Shown here in pieces: positions 60,711 through 64,000 of a DNA stretch of 64,000 bases; the stretch's first letter is position 1; each line of letters begins with the position of its first letter. Below the pieces are notes generated by a model, which worked only from the letters and a program-made list of their open reading frames with translations, ran no database searches and was not told the origin of the DNA. Source of the stretch: Phyllosticta citribraziliensis (Eukaryota). A program made the position numbers and the translations under genes. Location of the stretch: positions 1,178,001 through 1,242,000 of the forward strand of contig NW_027117341.1 of assembly GCF_038025025.1 (NCBI RefSeq), given 5' to 3'.

Positions 60711-62390
60711 CTACCGCAGCTTATACACACACGGCTTCAACAACGCCGCCTCATCAACCTCCTCCTCTCCCTCCTCCTCGACAAACTTCTTGGCCTTCGC
60801 CCTGCCACCTCCCATCCCCCCTCCTCCCGCCTTGCCCCCTTCCGCCTCCCTGCCACTCCGCACATTCTTCCCCTTGGTCGGCGCCGCCGCCTTGACGAAC
60901 TGCATGCGCACAAACATCTTGTTGCGCAGGTCGACGGGTGCCGCGCTCTCGGCATCCAGCACGAAGCCGCGCGCGCGCAGCGCGGCGACGAAGGCCGACA
61001 CGTCCGTCTCGTTGCCGCGGGAAGGGACGGCGCCGTCGATCTCGACGGCCAGCGCCTCATCGTCTGCGGCCGCGGCGTCGGCGGCGTCTCTGTTGGCCTT
61101 GTTGTGCTTTGCGGCGGCGCTCTTCTGGCGGCGGCCGACGCTGTGGTCGACGACCTTGTTCTGCTTCGCGTCTTTGGCGCCGGCGCCGGCGACGCGGCCA
61201 AAGCGGCTCTTGATCTCGGCGACCCACAGCTCGCCCTTCCAGCGCAGCACGCGGTACGCCTCGTCGACGAAGTCGGGCCAGTTGGTGCCCATGAGCGCGA
61301 GGCAGAAGATGGCCACGTCGACGGCGCCGTCGCGCAGCGGCAGCGCGCTGATGTCGGCTTTGGTGATCAGCGGCGACGGCGCCGCCAGGTCGAAGCTGTG
61401 GATGGCCAGTTTGAGTTTGCGCAGCGAGGGTTGCAGCGAGGACGAGAGCGTCGCGTCGCCGCAGCCCAGGTCGGCGATGGTGCAGACGTGCGAGCGGAAG
61501 TCGCGCGGGAGCGGTTTGAGGGCCTTTGACGCCGTGCTATCGTCCTCGCCCTCTTTGCTTTGCAGCGCCTTCCTGCGCCCATCCCCGCGCACCGCGCCGC
61601 GCCGCTGCACCAGCTGCACAAACGTGTCGACGGGGTTCTCGGGCCACACGGCGACCTGCTGGCGGAAGCCGGCGTGGTACTCGTTGAAGATCTGCGGGTC
61701 GTCTTCGATCAGCGCCAGCGAGTGCGCCGACGGCGTCGTGTACAGCGTTTGGTTCAGGTGCCGGAAGCGCGCTGACGCGAGCTTCTCGCGCATTTTGGCT
61801 TGCAGGGGCGTGAGCTTCGCATTGTTGGTGGGGGGGAGAGGAGAGGGCGCGGCGACGGCGGCGGCGGTGGTGGTATTGGAAGTGGTGTTGGGCTGCTGCT
61901 TGGTGTCCTTCTTCTTTTGCTTCTTGCCCTTGGCCGGCGTCTCCTGCTTGGACGCATCGGGACCTTTCGTCGCATCGCCCTCCTCCTCCTCCTCCTTCTT
62001 AGAACCCGCGGCATCCTCCTCGCGCCTCTGCTTCTTGCTCTTCGGCGGCTTGCCGCTCTCCTTCTCCTGCTCCTTCTCCAGCTTCTGCTTTGCCTGCATC
62101 TCCAGCTTCTGCGCCGCCTTGTACTCCTGCTTCTGGCTCCTCATCTTCTTCTCTGCGCCCTCCTTGTCCTTGCTCTTCGACGTGCCCTCCACCACCTCCG
62201 CCCACATATCGGCGACATTCTCGCTCGTCACGTTGGCCCCTTTTTCCTTGCCCTCATCTTTGCCATCATCTTTGTCGCCGCCCTTCTTGCCCTGCCTCTT
62301 CCTCTTTTTCGAGTTGGCGGCAGCGGAGGCCGCCGCCTCGGATTCCGTCTTCAGCGGCGCCGAGAGGTTCCACCCGGGGACGGCGAACAT
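60711..62390 (-). CDS. RRP8: 25S rRNA adenine-N1 methyltransferase Rrp8
   Basis: MFAVPGW start, LTPLQAKMREKLASARFRHLNQTLYT, EYHAGFRQQVAVWPENPVD, IADLGCGDA, FCLALMGTNW, LWVAEIKSRF, LKPCVYKLR. Confidence 0.96.
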   Translation of the reverse strand: MFAVPGWNLSAPLKTESEAAASAAANSKKRKRQGKKGGDKDDGKDEGKEKGANVTSENVADMWAEVVEGTSKSKDKEGAEKKMRSQKQEYKAAQKLEMQAKQKLEKEQEKESGKPPKSKKQRREEDAAGSKKEEEEEGDATKGPDASKQETPAKGKKQKKKDTKQQPNTTSNTTTAAAVAAPSPLPPTNNAKLTPLQAKMREKLASARFRHLNQTLYTTPSAHSLALIEDDPQIFNEYHAGFRQQVAVWPENPVDTFVQLVQRRGAVRGDGRRKALQSKEGEDDSTASKALKPLPRDFRSHVCTIADLGCGDATLSSSLQPSLRKLKLAIHSFDLAAPSPLITKADISALPLRDGAVDVAIFCLALMGTNWPDFVDEAYRVLRWKGELWVAEIKSRFGRVAGAGAKDAKQNKVVDHSVGRRQKSAAAKHNKANRDAADAAAADDEALAVEIDGAVPSRGNETDVSAFVAALRARGFVLDAESAAPVDLRNKMFVRMQFVKAAAPTKGKNVRSGREAEGGKAGGGGMGGGRAKAKKFVEEEGEEEVDEAALLKPCVYKLR

Positions 62391-63122
62391 GTTGGCTGTG
62401 TGGCTGGTGTTGTTGTTGGTGTGAGGGAGGCGCCGTCGTAGTGTGGGAAAATCTGGAGGAGCGAGGGAGGGAAGAATTACGCGCGATGCGGTGGGTGGAG
62501 CTTGGACCACGCGAAGGGAAATTTTGGCCGGGGTACGGGAGGGCGGTGAGCTTAGCGTGATTGTCGGGGAACCAGCATTATTCGGGCTTAGTCAGAAGTT
62601 GAGGTTGTATAAATAAGGCAGGTTGGTTACTGTGAATATTCCCTAGGAATACTTTGGTCAGATGAGTAAATGCTTTGCAAATGTAATAAGTAGGAGGAGC
62701 TTGCATGGTCCTTGTTTGTCACTGACTTGGCTATATTCCCTGGACTATAATGACTACACAAAAGGTCTTTTTACTTAACGACACACACAACAATGAACCC
62801 AATTCTCACATGCAATGTCTGTATCTGACAGAGCAGACTTGTCGACGCGCGAAACATTGTAAGGTTGTGTCGTTTAAGGTAGCAGCATTCCAGAAAGATG
62901 CTCATATTGTACGACTAATAGGTATATAGGTATATTGCGGAAGAAGCAGCACCAGAAGCAGAGGTAGAAGCAGATGAAAAGTCGCAAGACACGACAAAAG
63001 GAAACTTCGTAAAACGTGAGGGAGACGAGGGTACGAAAGAGGCAGAGGGATGGAAACAAAGGCAGAGGTGTCGTCGGGGGTATAAAAAGCATGCCGGAAT
63101 CAGCGTGGAAACAGCAGAGCCA

Positions 63123-64000
63123 TCAACGCCGCGGATCGTCTGCCACTTGGCATGCAGCTTCAGACTGCTGCTGCAAGTCCGGTGGAGCTGCCGTCCTTTC
63201 CATTCCGCGCACCGCAGACGCGCCGTCCGGTGGTTTGCTCTCGTCGTCTGCCGCGAGGGTGCCAGGCGTCATGGTCGAATTCGACTCGCGTCGATCCAGA
63301 TCCCCCTGCACCCGCACCCCCTCCTTCCCCTTCTCGCGCTTCTCCGCAAAGCAGTCGTACGTCCTTAGCGCCTGGGCGCGCTCATCCGACGCGCGGCCGC
63401 GAAACGGCAGCAGCGCCGCCTCCCCCTCCCCATCCTCGTCATCATCGTCGAGATGGATCTCGTGCGTGGCGGTCGCCAGGTCGGGCACGTCGCCCAGCCC
63501 CATGTCCCACTCGTGGAACCCCGAGTCCTGGTGCATGGGCGGGCTGAAGAAGCGCGGCGACGACGAGCGGCGCGAGCGGCGTGGGGGGTCGTCCAAGGCG
63601 CGCGTAAGCCCGACGAGGTCGTGCTCTTGCGAGAAGCGGGTTGACAGTGAGAGCGGCGGGAGCGTGAACGCGGGATCGTCGCCCTCTAGGTCGAGCGAGG
63701 AGGGGGGCAGGGGGACAGACATGTCGACGTCTTGCACGCCGCCGACGCCGGCGAGGTCGGTGGGGAAGAGTGCGTGGTGGTAGTGGTGGGTTTGGTCGTA
63801 ATTGTGGTGGTCTAAGAAGTCGAGCGGCTCGTGGCGTGGTGTTGTCGAGAGGCAGACGGTTTCCTGCTCGACTGCGTTTCCGCGGTGGTCCAGCCGCAGC
63901 GCGCCGTTGTTGACGAGCCGCGTATTGCCGTCTTCGTAGATGCGCTCCCACGCCCGCTCATGCCGGTCCGGAACGTCTGCAGATGTGGAGGGGTCGTGGC
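63123..64000 (-). CDS. 3' part of a hypothetical protein (5' end beyond the window)
   Basis: The frame of the 63123-63737 ORF stays open to the window edge (..HERAWERIYEDGNTRLVNNG..). GC3-biased codons; no recognisable domain. Confidence 0.6.
   Translation of the reverse strand, partial: HDPSTSADVPDRHERAWERIYEDGNTRLVNNGALRLDHRGNAVEQETVCLSTTPRHEPLDFLDHHNYDQTHHYHHALFPTDLAGVGGVQDVDMSVPLPPSSLDLEGDDPAFTLPPLSLSTRFSQEHDLVGLTRALDDPPRRSRRSSSPRFFSPPMHQDSGFHEWDMGLGDVPDLATATHEIHLDDDDEDGEGEAALLPFRGRASDERAQALRTYDCFAEKREKGKEGVRVQGDLDRRESNSTMTPGTLAADDESKPPDGASAVRGMERTAAPPDLQQQSEAACQVADDPRR

Overview
Eukaryotic DNA from an intron-containing filamentous ascomycete (Pezizomycotina; finer placement cannot be fixed from sequence alone). 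Conserved genes are queuine tRNA-ribosyltransferase, HOS3 histone deacetylase, a DUF1774-like membrane protein, phenol 2-monooxygenase, an AN1 zinc-finger protein, two MFS transporters, an arylsulfatase, PNS1, a PAA1-like GNAT, DDI1 and RRP8. Three accessory blocks interrupt them. (1) At 1-4.9 kb, an AT-rich RIP-like transposon end is followed by three tandem paralogous secreted 10-Cys mini-proteins. (2) At 19.8-24.2 kb there is a hypothetical gene and a divergent pair of spliced secreted Cys-rich mini-proteins that the ORF track misses. (3) At about 42.4-55.8 kb, an intronless membrane-anchored coiled-coil ORF (865 aa) is followed by about 7 kb (45.9-52.8 kb) without a credible ORF. That stretch is packed with hairpins, repeated pseudoknots and tandem structural modules showing compensatory base changes and plus-strand G-U pairs, plus nested long-range helices. 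This candidate giant structured RNA linked to an orphan protein is the most striking feature. All structures and splice models were derived by eye and need computational and expression confirmation.
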